A stretch of DNA of 62,523 nt from Salpingoeca rosetta (lineage: Eukaryota > Protista > Choanoflagellata): contig JAWQFM010000004.1 in NCBI GenBank assembly GCA_033442325.1, forward strand, positions 1,555,895 through 1,618,417, read 5' to 3'. The translations under genes and the position numbers were made by a program. Every line of letters begins with the position of its first letter. Position 1 is the stretch's first letter. The notes below the pieces were generated by a model. That model was not told the origin of the DNA. It worked only from the letters and a program-made list of their open reading frames with translations, and did no database searches. Shown piece after piece: positions 12,982-26,803 of the stretch.

Positions 12982-14250
12982 CTGTATCGGGGCAAAATCG
13001 TTGAGCGGGTCATCCGTGGTGATGCACGCCTGGATGCTGAATCAACAGGCGGGGATTGTGTCCTGTTCGAGCTCGAGATGTTCCAGCGTCGCGCCGCTAG
13101 CAAGCATCAGCTGCGATTGCACAAGGTCACCTGGTGGAGAGAATAAAGGAGGGAGAAGGAGAGGAAGGAGATGATGGAGGAAGTGTCAGTGAGGTGGGAG
13201 GAATGAAGCAGACGAGTACGCCACAAACGTCAAAGTGGGCAAAGTACCATCGACAGTGCTGCTTCAACAGACCACCACAGCTCACCATCCCCGCGTCTTG
13301 GATGCGTAGGTTCACCTCCACGAAACAATGGCTGCACCACATTGCGCACGTTGGGTGATCGGCATGAGCGTTGGGGCAGGTGCGGTAGTGTTTGTCAACA
13401 CAAAACGAGTGCATGCACGCAACACAACGCACCACAACACCTACATCTCCACCCCAACACCCCAACACCACACTGCTACACTGGCTCACCGGCCATCGGA
13501 TGTGTCGACGAGGAACTCGACGGTGCCGGTGTTGCGGTGGTTGAGGGAGCGGCCCATCGCAACAGCGTCCTGAGGGCAGGAGAGGGGGTGGGAGGAGGAA
13601 TGGAAGGAGAGACGTGGGAGGGAGGAGAGGAAGAGGGTTGAGGGACGATCACAGGTGAGCTGCGTTTGTTGTGACCGCAGCACAAGCACAAGCACACACA
13701 CATGCACATGCACATGAGGCAAACCTGGCAGAGCTGTTGGCGCACATCGGAGGTGCGGGGCAGGGGCAATCTCAACCACCTGAAAACACAAATGGGATGC
13801 GCGTGTGCATGGGCATGAGGTCGGATGTAGGTGATGATGAGTGCTGTAGATCACTACACAGGTACGCTTCTTAACCACACATACGCGCACACACACACAC
13901 CTTTTGCTCCTTGGCGATGCAGACAACGTCGTCGAAAGTGAAATGGGCGGCAATGGGGGCTTTTGTCGGGGGTCAGCATGTACGATTCATGAGCCTTGCA
14001 ACGCTGCACGGATCTGTGACGAGGAAGGGCGCGTTGCAGGCGAGTGAGTGAGCGAGTGTGTGTATGTGTGCGTATGCGCTTACGTGTGTTGAGCACACAA
14101 GGCTGAGCAATGCAATGCAATGCAATGTAATGGAATGACCTCACACACACACACGCACCTTTGGATGAACAGTGTATTCTTCAGTCACGATGGCTGCCTC
14201 CTTCACATGTGTTCAACTCACGCCCTTCTTCTGCACTGCGTGATGAAGCT
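12982..14250 (-). pseudogene. Pyruvate carboxylase (biotin carboxylase domain) relic exons, copy 1
   Basis: Degenerate peptides VQRCKAHESY, HFTFDDVVCIAKEQ, QVVEIAPAPHL, DAVAMGRSLNHRNTGTVEFLVD, FVEVNLRIQ and DLVQSQLMLASGATLEHL..SIQACITTDDPLNDFAP; stops, frameshifts and missing middle exons. Confidence 0.75.
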
Positions 14251-14630
14251 GTGTGCCGTGTGTGCTCTGTCCTTGTTGGTCCAGTGATGAGGTGATGAAG
14301 GAAGGCTGAGGGATGGATGGATGGATGGATGGATGGAAGGCTGTCTCAAGGGGTTTCAACGTGCTCCTTTCCACAACATGATGTACACACACAACAGTGA
14401 ACTTGCTTGCTTGTGTGTGGCTGGAAATCCAATGCACGATTCCCAACAATCGTCCACAACCACAACCAGCCAAAACGCCACAAACAACCACAAACAACGA
14501 ACCAATCCTGTCTTCTCTTGGTGCTGCGCCTGTCCTGCGAACAGACACGCGAACGAGGAAGGAGGGAGGCACACTCCTTCTTCTACTCTTCTTCTCCTCT
14601 CCTCTTCTCTCTTCTTCACCCACTTGGGGT

Positions 14631-15875
14631 ATGATGGCACCGATGAGAACGATGGGGTGCCTGCAGGCACGTGGGATGGTGCTGCTCCCCGTGCTGCTGG
14701 TGGCGGCGGCAGTGTGCTTTATGCCGCTCATCAGCAGCGTTGTTGGAGAGGTGACGCTGGTGGAGGATGATGCAGGTGCGTTTCACATCAACACGAGCGA
14801 TCCAGCGAGCCAGCCCGTGTTTGTGAACGGCGTCAACGTTCATGGGGCGCTCAGCACGCTCATGAGTACCGTGTCGGAGCAGCAGAGGGCGATTGACCGT
14901 GTCCGTGGCAAAGTGTGCACCCCAAGTGCCACGACGTTTGGCCAGCTTAGCTCAACAACATACAAATGGCTTGGTGCCGTGTTGGCCAACAACGGCCTGA
15001 TCTACGCTGCACCTCGGAACTCCCCTTCTGTACTCATCATCGACCCCAGCACCCACACACTCGACACAACCACGATCTCCGGACTCGGAACAGACATCCT
15101 AAAGTGGGCGGGTGCTGTGCTGGCACACAACGGCCTCATCTACATGTTCCCAGCAAACAGGGAGACGATGCTCATTATCGACCCCGACACCAATACCGCT
15201 GACACCACAAGCATCCACTCGCTTGGCTCCGGTCAACGCAAGTGGTACAGCGGTGTGGTGGCTGACAACGGACTCATCTTTGGCATTCCATTCGCTGCGG
15301 GCTCTGTGCTGATCATTGATCCCAACACCAACACAGCCGACACCACAACATTGGCTGGGCTGTCGAGCCAGGAATACAAATGGTATGGGGGCGTGCAAGC
15401 AGACAACGGCCTCATCTACTGCATTCCCGTGGCAGCTTCCTCTGTCCTCATCATCAATCCAGAGTCCTTCACAATGGACCTCACGACAATAAGTGGCTTT
15501 GGATCGGACCTGAAATGGTATGGGGGCGTGCTCGCAGGCAACGGCCTGATCTTCACAATCCCGTTTCATGCCACGACCACGCTCGTCATCAACCCGACCA
15601 CCAACATCGCCGAGGAGCTGCCTGTTGCCCAGGGCTCAGGCCCTTCGAAATGGACTGGCGGCGTGCTCGCACCCAACGGCAACATTGTCGGCATCCCCCT
15701 CGGAGCCTCATCGGCTCTCATCATCGATCCAAGTTCAAACACCACTGACACCACAAGTATCGACGGTCTTGCTGGATCCTACAAGTGGTTCGATGGCGTG
15801 CTCGCTGACAATGGCCTCGTCTATGGCATTCCGTTTTCGGCTGAGTCCGTCCTCGTCATCGACCCCGGGTGCTGA
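14631..15875 (+). CDS. Secreted coiled-coil/7-blade beta-propeller family, copy B (intact, intronless)
   Basis: ATG 14631, signal peptide, EVTLVEDDAGAFHINTSDPASQPVFVNG, 25-aa coil, Cys, 7 repeats, VLVIDPGC*. Confidence 0.9.
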   Translation: MMAPMRTMGCLQARGMVLLPVLLVAAAVCFMPLISSVVGEVTLVEDDAGAFHINTSDPASQPVFVNGVNVHGALSTLMSTVSEQQRAIDRVRGKVCTPSATTFGQLSSTTYKWLGAVLANNGLIYAAPRNSPSVLIIDPSTHTLDTTTISGLGTDILKWAGAVLAHNGLIYMFPANRETMLIIDPDTNTADTTSIHSLGSGQRKWYSGVVADNGLIFGIPFAAGSVLIIDPNTNTADTTTLAGLSSQEYKWYGGVQADNGLIYCIPVAASSVLIINPESFTMDLTTISGFGSDLKWYGGVLAGNGLIFTIPFHATTTLVINPTTNIAEELPVAQGSGPSKWTGGVLAPNGNIVGIPLGASSALIIDPSSNTTDTTSIDGLAGSYKWFDGVLADNGLVYGIPFSAESVLVIDPGC

Positions 15876-16616
15876 TCTGCCCATGCGTTCTCTCTTTTGT
15901 TGGTGACCTGGGGACCCTGTTTCTCGTCCGTTCGTGTGTGCGTTCGTTTGTGTTCGTTTGTTGGTCTTTTCCTGCGTGTCGTGCCGTGTGCGAATGCGCT
16001 TTCCACCCTCGTGTTTCTCTTTTGGTTACTTGGTGTCATGTTGGCACGATCCTGTTGGATCGCGGTTACGGCCAACACTTTCACTCCTTCCGCTTCTCGT
16101 GTGTTCTTCCGTTCACCTTGTTTCCTTCCGTTCACCGTGTTTCCTTCCGCTCTTCTTGCATCTCTCCTGTCCCTCGTACTCCTTTCCGTTCCTTCCTGCT
16201 CCTTTCCGTTGCTTCCGTTCCCTGTTTGCCTCGTGTTGCCTCGTGTTTCCTTTTGTTCTCGTGTTCTTCGTCTTCACCTGTATTGTTGTGCCATCCACGC
16301 CACACACCGGATCACTCAATCATCATCATCATCATCATCATCATCACACACACAAACACATCCACGGAGTTCTGCAGCTGTCACTTCAAGCAAACGAAAC
16401 TGTGACACACGCACCCAAGCACACACCCTCTTCGTTCCTTTACGTTACACAACCACCACACTCCTCCATGACTCTCTTTCTTTGCGTTCACAGCCACACG
16501 ATGTGTACGTCATACTCTGCTGCCCAACATTCCGCTTCTCTTCTGTTTCAATCCTCAATGTAGACCGCGCCAGTAATCAAGATGTGTTAACACGTGTTTG
16601 TACTGAGGTGGGGATT

Positions 16617-16680
16617 CGATGAACAGAAGAACACATCCCTCGATGAACAGAAGAGCATGTCACTCGAAACAGAGCACGGA
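16617..16680 (+). repeat. 24-bp degenerate tandem repeat (TCGATGAACAGAAGA...) x~2.5
   Basis: Directly visible. Confidence 0.6.
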
Positions 16681-17170
16681 AACGCGTCGAATTGACAAGC
16701 ACAAGAAGCACATGGGTCGAGCACAAGGGTAACACCAGCATAACAGAGGTGACATGTTGCGGACGCGGGCAAACAATCAAGAAACAAAGCAATTGGCAGT
16801 GAACACACACACACAGACACACGACGCCGAGAGAGAGGCAAGGCGTGGGCACGGTTGTGCGTGGACTGATCTACGGATAGAAGCGCGAATCATTGAACGA
16901 GCAAATGACGCGCTTCGAAGAGTACAGTGAGCTGACACCAAACACAAAACAGCAGCAAGGAGAGCGCGTGTGGAGAGGATAGGAGGATGGCACAGGAAGG
17001 GAACGCTGGAACAACCACAACAGCACAGCAGCCCCTCTGACAAAAACGCAGAGAGAAGAAATCAAGAGAAGACAAGTAACACTCTTACAGCATGCACGCA
17101 GGAAGAAAGAGCGCTGAATGTGCTCATGTGAGATGGACAGTGCGCATAACTTGACCAGGTGAACACAAAG

Positions 17171-18565
17171 TCAGCAGCCGGGGTCGATGACGAGCACCGT
17201 GTCAGCATGGCTCGGGATGCCGTAGATGAGGCCGTTGTTGGCGAGCACAGCATCGTTCCACTTCCTGGATCCATCGAGGGCGTTGAGGCCTGTGATGGTT
17301 GTGGTGTCCGTGGCGTTGGTGGCGGGGTCGACAATGAGGACGGACCCCGAGTCGTGTGGAATGCCAATGATATTGCCGTTGGGCGCGAGCGCACCGCCTC
17401 GCCACTTGCGCGAGCTTGCCTCGTCAGCGACAACCAGCACATCTGTGGCGTTGGTGGCTGGATCAATGACAAGCATCGCCGCAGCCATTTCTGGGATGGC
17501 GTAGATGAGGCCGTTTGGTGCAAGCACGGCACCACGCCATTTGAAGGAGGCAGTGTCTAAACCAGCCAGTGTGGTGATGTCCGTCGTGAGGGCAACTGGA
17601 TCGACGACAAGGACATAAGCTGCCGAGTTGGGAATGCCGTAGATGAGGCCGTTGGGCGCGAGCACACCGCCATACCACTTGCTGGAGTCAGAGGGAAGGC
17701 CAGCCAAGGTCGTGGTGTCAGTGGTGTTCGTTTCTGGATCGACGATCAGCACAGACGTGGCGAAAAACGGTATGCCGAAGATGAGGCCGTTGTCCGCCAC
17801 CACACCTCCAAACCACTTGTTGTTGCCATCAACAGACGTCTCAATGCTTGTGGTGTCAGTAGTGTTGGTGTCGGGGTCGACGATGAGCAGCGTGGTTGCA
17901 AAGGACGGGAACATGTAAATGAGGCCGTTGGACGCCAAAACGGCTCCGGCCCACTTGTTCCCACTGTCCGAGAATCCAGAGATGGTGGTTGTGTCGAAGG
18001 TGTTGGTGCTTGGGTCGACGATCAACACAGATGGCGAGTTGTAGGGTGCAGCGTAGATGAGGCCGTTGTTGGCGAGAACACCGCCTATCCACAAGAACGT
18101 CAGCGTGCTGAGTTGTCCTCCGAAGATGCTTGCGTTTGCGTGGCACACCTCTGCTCGCAGAGCATCAATCCGGCCCTGCTGTGCGTCGATGGTGCTTTGC
18201 TGTGCATCGATGGCGCTTTGCAGAACAGTATTGATGCTCTCCTGTGCGTCGATGGTAATCTGCTGTGCGTCAATAGTGCTTTGCAGAACAGTATTGATGC
18301 TTTGTTGTGCGTCGAGGGTGATCTGTTGCGCAGTGACAGTCTCTAGCAACGTGCTAATTGCTGCATTGACGTTCAGGCCGTTCACGAACACGGGCTGGCT
18401 TGACGGATCGCTTGTGTTGAGGTGGAATGCGCCTGCAACGTCCTGCTCCAACACAACCTCAGCCCGGCACACGGCACAGCGCCCACCAACGGAGACAGAC
18501 ACCACCAGCAACAGCACCAGCCGTGCTGCAAGCAAAAGCGAGCACTGCTTCGCAACTCGCCTCAT
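17171..18565 (-). CDS. Secreted coiled-coil/7-blade beta-propeller family, copy C (intact, 464 aa)
   Basis: Signal peptide, module, 74-aa coil built from 21/63-nt DNA repeats, 7 repeats, IDPGC*. Confidence 0.9.
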   Translation of the reverse strand: MRRVAKQCSLLLAARLVLLLVVSVSVGGRCAVCRAEVVLEQDVAGAFHLNTSDPSSQPVFVNGLNVNAAISTLLETVTAQQITLDAQQSINTVLQSTIDAQQITIDAQESINTVLQSAIDAQQSTIDAQQGRIDALRAEVCHANASIFGGQLSTLTFLWIGGVLANNGLIYAAPYNSPSVLIVDPSTNTFDTTTISGFSDSGNKWAGAVLASNGLIYMFPSFATTLLIVDPDTNTTDTTSIETSVDGNNKWFGGVVADNGLIFGIPFFATSVLIVDPETNTTDTTTLAGLPSDSSKWYGGVLAPNGLIYGIPNSAAYVLVVDPVALTTDITTLAGLDTASFKWRGAVLAPNGLIYAIPEMAAAMLVIDPATNATDVLVVADEASSRKWRGGALAPNGNIIGIPHDSGSVLIVDPATNATDTTTITGLNALDGSRKWNDAVLANNGLIYGIPSHADTVLVIDPGC

Positions 18566-18857
18566 GTTTTGGCTCGTGGGAAATTGTGTGACTTGTGAGA
18601 ATTGAGGAAGACACAGGAACTGTCACAGGAGCCTGATATCCAAGTGCACGCCAATTGCGGGTTTTGCACAGCGAGGAGCAGAGGAGCTAGGAGGAGCGAG
18701 AGTGTTTGAGCACACCTCCACCTTTGCTTTCTCGCCAATTACTTGGTGCTACCCCACTTCCCACGCCTTCAAGCCTTCAAGCCTTCCATCGCCGTCGCGC
18801 ACAGCAGAACACGGCAGAACATGGACGACACCCACACCCCTGCACAAGTGCACAGGC

Positions 18858-19964
18858 ATGGCTGACGTCGACAGTGAGCAACACCTCCAAGGCCTTCCTC
18901 GCAGACCTGCAGAGCGAGTTCCCCGACACGTACACCGAGATGACGACGGGGGATGCCTGCAAGCAACTCGTGGTGCCACGCACACGCCAGCACGACTGCG
19001 CGTACGTCGACCTCTTGCGCAAGCAGCTGAAGCAGTCACCACACAAACATGTGAACAAGGCCACCGTGCTTGTGTCGCACGCATGACGGTACAAAGATCG
19101 CAGCGGCGAAGAACGGGCGCTGGAAGACGCCATCCATGACAACTGACCGATACCTTGGTGCGCGTGCAAGCATAGCGCGCCAAGGCCTTCAACCCGCGCG
19201 GCAAGGCTACAAGGACATGATCCTCGAAGCCATTCGGGGCGACGCTCGGTTACGACGAGAAGGCGCTCGCCATCAGAGTGGCGACGCTGGGCGACAAGCA
19301 CCCGAGCACAGCCGACACCTACAACAGTTTGGGCAACGCGTACGCTGGCAAGCGCGAGTACGCCAAAGCCATCGCGTCCCACGAGAAGGCGAAGGATGCC
19401 TTTGGAGCCTTGCTGGGTGAAAACCATCCAAACACGGCAATGGCACTTGCCAACATCGCCCTCGTGCATGACGACTGTGGCAACAAGTCCCAGGCTTGCA
19501 CGTGCATGGAACAGGCACTCAAGGTCTTCTCAGCCACACTCGGGCCACGCCACCCGTTCACCCAAAGAGCGGAGCGCAACCTGCAGCGTATTCGCGGCGA
19601 TGGTGCACAAGGCACAAGCCAACCCGACCAGTCACAGCAACAGCGTGCAGCACACGCCAGTGCGCCCTTGGCCGGCTGGTTGCAGAAGCGAGGGCTGTGG
19701 AACACCGCCTTTCGCCTTCGCTGGTGCTCGCTTGAGGGTGGCCACCTTGTGTACAGCAGAGGGCCTCAGCTCGCAGAGCGTGGACGCATTCCTCTTGCAA
19801 CCGTGTTGTCCGCTGAGCTTGCGCAGGGGGACGGCCAGGAGCTGCACGTTGCCGTTCCCGGGCGAACCTTCGTCTTCCGCCTGGACGAGCGGTCAGGGAG
19901 GGAGACCATGCTTGCCGAATGGTGCAGTGCCATCAGCACGAGAGCGAGTGGGCGTTGTGAGTGA
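18858..19964 (+). pseudogene. Kinesin-light-chain-type TPR protein with N-terminal 'VSHAW' domain and C-terminal PH domain; disrupted
   Basis: KATVLVSHA*RY (W to TGA at 19084); TPRs LGDKHPSTADTYNSLGNAY and LGENHPNTAMALANIA; PH domain GWLQKRGLWNTAFRLRWCSL..GRTFVF..EWCSAI. Confidence 0.75.
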
Positions 19965-20544
19965 GTGTGTGCGTGTGAATGTGTGACTGTGTGTGTGGGG
20001 GGGGGGTGTGAGTGTGCGTGTGTGTGTGTGTATGATGGTGATGTACATGTCAACCAACTGCGACCATAGCGACTGCCAACACATGGCAGTTGTCGTTGTC
20101 GCATCTGCGCGCACTCATCGCACAAATTGCATCTTTGTTATTCTGTGTTGCTCACTCTCTGCACCTGCTGTCAACGTGCGCACTTCTCCATAAGTGTGTG
20201 CTGACTTGCATGAACGACTCTCAAATACTCAAGCAGATGCACCCTTGTCTGTCATGTTCATCGGTGGAATTGTAATGAAGCGCAGCACTCAGAGTGCTGG
20301 ACATAAGAGGGGTAACACGAGGCAGAGGACAGGCAAGGGCAACGCTGCGACGATGGTCAGTGCAAGTCGCGCATGGGTGGCGAGCAAAGGCGATAAAGGA
20401 AGAGGTGGAGATGGGGAGGAGGACGGGAAAACAAAAGCAGGACACTCATCGGACAGGACAGCGGGAGAGGGGAAGAACAGGACAACGGGAGAGTGGGAGG
20501 ACAGGACAACGGAGAGCAGGACAACGCAAGAAGCCATCATTCAA

Positions 20545-20587
<43 letters not shown>

Positions 20588-20612
20588 ACACACACACAAC
20601 GAAACCCACACG

Positions 20613-21180
20613 TCACACTTGCGAATATCCGCCAGCGTTGACTGCGCGACGCTTCAGGAGGTGGCTGAGGGCGAGCAGAAAGTCGACGGCATAGACAAGG
20701 CCGTACAGGCCACACGAGACGTAGAAGAAGCGCAGGGCGCGCTTGCACTCGCTGTCCGAGGGGTCCACGTAGCCGTCCGAGACACACTGGAAGAAGTTCT
20801 GCAGGGACACAATCGCCGTGGCGCAGGCGGCCACCACCACCGCGTAGCCAACCACGAGCCACGTCTTGAGCAGCATGGGCGCCTCGCTTGCAGCGGACGT
20901 GTACCGGATCAGAAAGTGGGTGTAGAAGGTGATGCCGATGACCCAGATCAGGCAGTACATGCTGGCAAAGTAGGCGCCCACCAGCAAGGCCACGGAGATG
21001 GGCGCCAGCACGGCCAACTGCACCACAAAGTTGACGCTCGCACGTCGCGGCTGCGTGTGCACCACCGTCACATGATGCTGCTGCTGTGGGTACTGCTGTG
21101 GGTACTGCTGGTACTGCGGCGGTTGCTGCTGCTGTTGGTACTGCTGCTGTTGCTGTGGGTACTGCTGCTGGTGGTTGGTG
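20613..21180 (-). CDS. Small ~4-TM membrane protein exon with QQY/P-rich N-terminus; first exon and ATG not found
   Basis: Pyrimidine-rich acceptor ...AAAACGCAG at ~21181, GC3-rich open frame, four hydrophobic segments, TGA at 20613. Confidence 0.55.
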
Positions 21181-21253
21181 TCTGCGTTTTGGTTTTGGAA
21201 GGAAGAAGGAATGGCGCACAAACACGACGCACAAACAAAGAACCAAAACGAAG

Positions 21254-22864
<1,611 letters not shown>

Positions 22865-23609
22865 TGTGTGTGTGTGAGAGTGTGTGTGTGTTCAAGTGCT
22901 CGTATTGCGCATGTCCTGCAAGTTTCATTGATTCTTGCGCTGTTGTTCGGTTCCGTCTTTTCGTGCGGTGTTCACAAGGTGGCGGTAATACACAACAGCA
23001 GCAACAGCTCGCATTGGTGTTGGTTGATGGAGTGACCACCTCAAACCAGCTAGGGGTGAGGCGCAGCTTGCTCTTGCTCGTGCTCATCATGGAGGCCACC
23101 CACAAGAAGACAAGATAGAAGACTCTCTCCTTCTTCGCGACACTGTGAGTGCTCAGCACCAAACGCAAGGGATCTTCGTGATGAGGGGCATGTTCTGAAG
23201 TAGTGGTTGCACAAGATGTCGTGGATTCCATCACACGATGAGGAGCAAGTGCACAACATGGTCGCAAACGCTGCAGGTTCACTGTGTTGGTTTGAGCCAC
23301 GGCAACATGGAAGGAGTACACGCGGCAAGGGTGGTGAGCGCACAAAAAGGAAGACAAGGTGAAAAGGAGAAGGGAAAGGATGACGTGGGACAGAAGCAAG
23401 AATGGGGTGGAGTAACAGCAGCAGTGGGTGTGCAAAGTGGCTGCAGGCTAGTAGGGAGGAGGGAAGGGAGACAGAACAAAGTGGTGGAAGAAGAAACAGA
23501 AGGGCGCTGCAACACATCCCACGAAGAAGATCCAAGACGAGCAGGCAAGCGAACACACAAGTAGAGAAGAAGACAAGCACCCATGCGCACGCACAACATG
23601 TCTTCACCC

Positions 23610-24450
23610 CAGCATCCTGGGTCGATGACAAGCACATACTCGGCGTTGGCGGGAGGAATGCAGTCGACAAGGCCATCATTCACAGCAAGCAAGCACGCCT
23701 CCTGATGCTGGTCGTTGATGTTGCCGTTTGACGCAAGCACGCCGCCAGACCACTGCACTGTAATCGCTGCATGTCGAGCTGTGTCGATCGCAGGCATCGT
23801 CGGCGTCGTCGAGTGATCTGCTGGCTGGGACATTGTAGATGAGGTCGTTGAATGCATGTGAGGTCGCCTCCCGCACCACGAGTGCCAGAGAATGTGCTTT
23901 GTGGAATGCAGCCGTTGTGGATGACGCCATTTTCAGCTGGCATGCTTCATCAGACAGCTGTGTTGGTGGTTCTTGAATCAATCGAGGATAGTGGATAGAG
24001 TGTTGCAGTCGCTGATAAGGGGCCTTGTCTTTGTCTACAGCAAGGGATGATAGTCAGCATGTAGATGAGGCCGTTTATCGCTGGAATTGTGGTCGCTGCG
24101 TCGAACAGGGGTGGATGTCAGGGATCGACGATGAGCACAGATGCACGTCCCTGCGCACAGGTCAAGCTTTTGCTGTTGTTGTTGTTGTTGTTGTTATCGG
24201 CCATTGCACCGCCACCCATGCCATGTTGCCATATCTCTGTGGTTGGCTGAGGTCACGCACGTCACGTGTCGCACGATGGTGTGTTGTGTCTATGAGGCGT
24301 CCTCACCATTGGTTGATGGGTGCTCCTGCACCATCTGTGCTCCACTGCTGCACTGGTGCAAGCACACCGTTCATGTCCACCATGCCCGTTGACTGACTTG
24401 AGTCCATCAGTGGGATGGATGGCTGGTGTTGATGTGTTGATGTGGAAGGG
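23610..24450 (-). pseudogene. Heavily degraded beta-propeller family relic, copy D
   Basis: Remnants FHINTS..VNG (~24440-24385), QWSGGVLASNGNI, NDLIYNVP and EYVLVIDPGC; many indels. Confidence 0.75.
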
Positions 24451-25059
24451 AAGGTGTCAACCTTGTGTCAACCAGAGCTGTGATCCTGCCCATCAACCGC
24501 CTCGCTCGTTTTCTCTTGCACAACACATGGTCCTGCCACCACTGTGGTGCACCTGTCTGTGTCTGTGGCAAGAGCCATCAGTGACGCAAACGAGGAAGAA
24601 GGCGAACAAGAGCACAGATGGCGTCCACATGCGTCGCAAGCAAGCGACAGAGCGAGCAACAGAGCGAGCAAGCGTTGGTGGCTGGCTTGTTGCGGCAGTG
24701 TGGAGTGTGTGCGACAACACAATAACTGTTGTGGTGTATTGTGTATTGTTGTGTTGTTTTATCTTTTTCTTTGTGCTGCAGGGCGGGAAAGTGCTTCCAA
24801 ATCGGGTGGCAGGTGTTGCCAGAAACGCAAGGATTTTCCTTCTCTGTCAACATGGCAAGCAAAAGAAGGAAGCAAACAGCGCGGTGCGTTTTGTCAATGT
24901 GAGCGCCACTGTTGATAACAAGAAGCAAAGGACAGAAAGCAAAAGGACAGAAAACAAGCAAGCACACTGCGTGGATGGTTTGGTTTGTGGATGCGATCAC
25001 AAAGAACGCCTTCCTCGCGTTCACGCAAGCCAGCCAGCAAGCAGCTCGTCGTCGTTGTG

Positions 25060-25260
25060 GTACAACAAGAGGGACAGCTGCTGTGCGTGTATTATTGATC
25101 TGTTGCACAAGCAGTGGCAGCCACTCCACGATGCAGTGGGCAATGGAACCGTGCTCTTTGTGTCGCACACATGGCGGTTCAAGAAGATGACACACGTGCT
25201 GGACGTGTTCAGCTTGCTGCTGCTTTGAGAGTTTGCACATGAAGAAGGAGCAGGCAGGCA
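25060..25260 (+). pseudogene. Second fragment of the 'VSHAW' N-terminal domain of the TPR family
   Basis: RDSCCACIIDLL..AVGNGTVLFVSHTWRF aligns with QHDCAYVDLL..VNKATVLVSHA*RY at 18990-19090. Confidence 0.55.
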
Positions 25261-25294
25261 AAGGCAACAAACAGCAAGTGTGTTTGTGTGTGTG

Positions 25295-25365
<71 letters not shown>

Positions 25366-26803
25366 AGAAAGACAGCGTGTATGCAATACACTCTACTCAC
25401 TCCACTGACTGCTCCCACCCACCACAACCTTCCAATCCGACCTGACCACCTTTCACACCACCCTGCTGCTACCATATCAGGAAGCGTCTGCCACAAGAAC
25501 TACCCCCCTCCCCGACTCTCATGCAAGCACCTGCTCGACGCTCGACCTCCATGCGCACACAATGTAAGCCGGCTGCAGTCACGTCCCTGTTCATCACTTT
25601 TATTCCTCCTCCTCGATCACACGCATGCACACACTCATGCACTCGCACACAAACGCACACATGGGACATTGCTGCCACCACCCGCAGTCAAACAGCATGG
25701 GCGACCGCAGGAGAGCAGACTGGGGATGAGCGTGGCTGAAGTGGGCGAGGAAGAGGACAAGGAGCTCGTGCACGAAGCAGAGGATATGGCAGAGAGGGTA
25801 CATCCATCCACACCACACGCGACAGCGCCACCATAATGAACGCGGCACCACTCCTGCAACTACTATTTGGGAGCGGCATCACGCCCATTCCAACCAGCAC
25901 TGCATGCACCTGTACATGGGCCAGCAGTGACACCGTCCCTGACGCATGCCATGGTGCCGACATTGTCAACAACACCAATCATCACAAGCACATTGCCACC
26001 GCTGCAGCGGGATTGCAGTGCAGCCGCCAAAATCTCGACCTCATCTGCAGCAACGGCAACGACAGCAACAACAGCTGTGATGGCAGCAGAAACAGCGGCA
26101 GCAGTAGGGCTTGTCCACCTTCCTTTCCTAACACGGTGCCGCCGTTACCTCATGTCTGCGGCGACGGCTACAGCGACAGCGCCACGGCCGTTCAGGGGCA
26201 CCCTTCTGTCGCGGACTCCCTTGATGGCATCACCATCATCTTCATCGTCGTCTTCTTCACCCCATCACCGTCATCAACAACAACGACAGAAGCCGCAGCG
26301 GCGTCACCATCGGCAAACACTGCTGCACCACCAGTATCGCTCTCGGCGTATGCAGCGCTTGCAGACAGGGAGCTGGGGACGGACGAGATTCGCATGCTCG
26401 GCTGTTCGTGATGGGGTGCACCAAATGACTGTGTGCTGGCGGTTCGCAGCAAAGAATAGCGCGTCGTATCATTTGTTGTTGTGGCGTGTTCAGCGCATGC
26501 TCGATGGCACGGCGATCTGTCCACCCGTCTTTGCGTGAGAACAGTCAGCTGAGTTCGTGTTGTTTATTGTGGTATTTTGAACGGGTCGTGAGCTCCTGCT
26601 CAAGGCGTTTCAGCAAGCATGCAGTCGATGACACAGACGAGTACAACAGTTCAGCTCAACAACCTTCGACCGCACCGCCAACTCCACAACCACACCACAC
26701 TACGAGATGGGAGCATGAAACAGTCAATGGTACATAACTACACATCACAGGCATCGACCCGAACGGCCTCTCTGATTGTGTTGTTGACACGAGAGGTATT
26801 CCA

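Larger units (their letters stand above)
9820..14830. repeat. Segmental duplication, copy 1 (direct paralogue of ~56815-61870)
   Basis: Colinear similarity across exons, introns, intergenic DNA and the 5' end of the propeller gene. Confidence 0.9.

Noticed and set aside
9553-15062. Insert flanked by 287-bp repeats read as an LTR element or transposon
   Set aside because: The repeats are propeller coding sequence; no RT, integrase, transposase, TIR pair or short TSD was seen.
14950-15875. Regular ~135-nt periodicity resembling a CRISPR array
   Set aside because: Protein-coding repeats with synonymous variation; no identical repeat-spacer structure and no cas genes.
15880-16520. Hydrophobic-looking ORFs downstream of copy B
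   Set aside because: T/C-rich low-complexity 3'/intergenic sequence.
20450-20526. ~23-bp GGACAGGACAACGGGAGAG degenerate repeat
   Set aside because: Short minisatellite with no evidence of function.
25690-26540. Protein-like low-complexity ORFs (e.g. 25836-26411)
   Set aside because: No recognisable motif or consistent splice structure.
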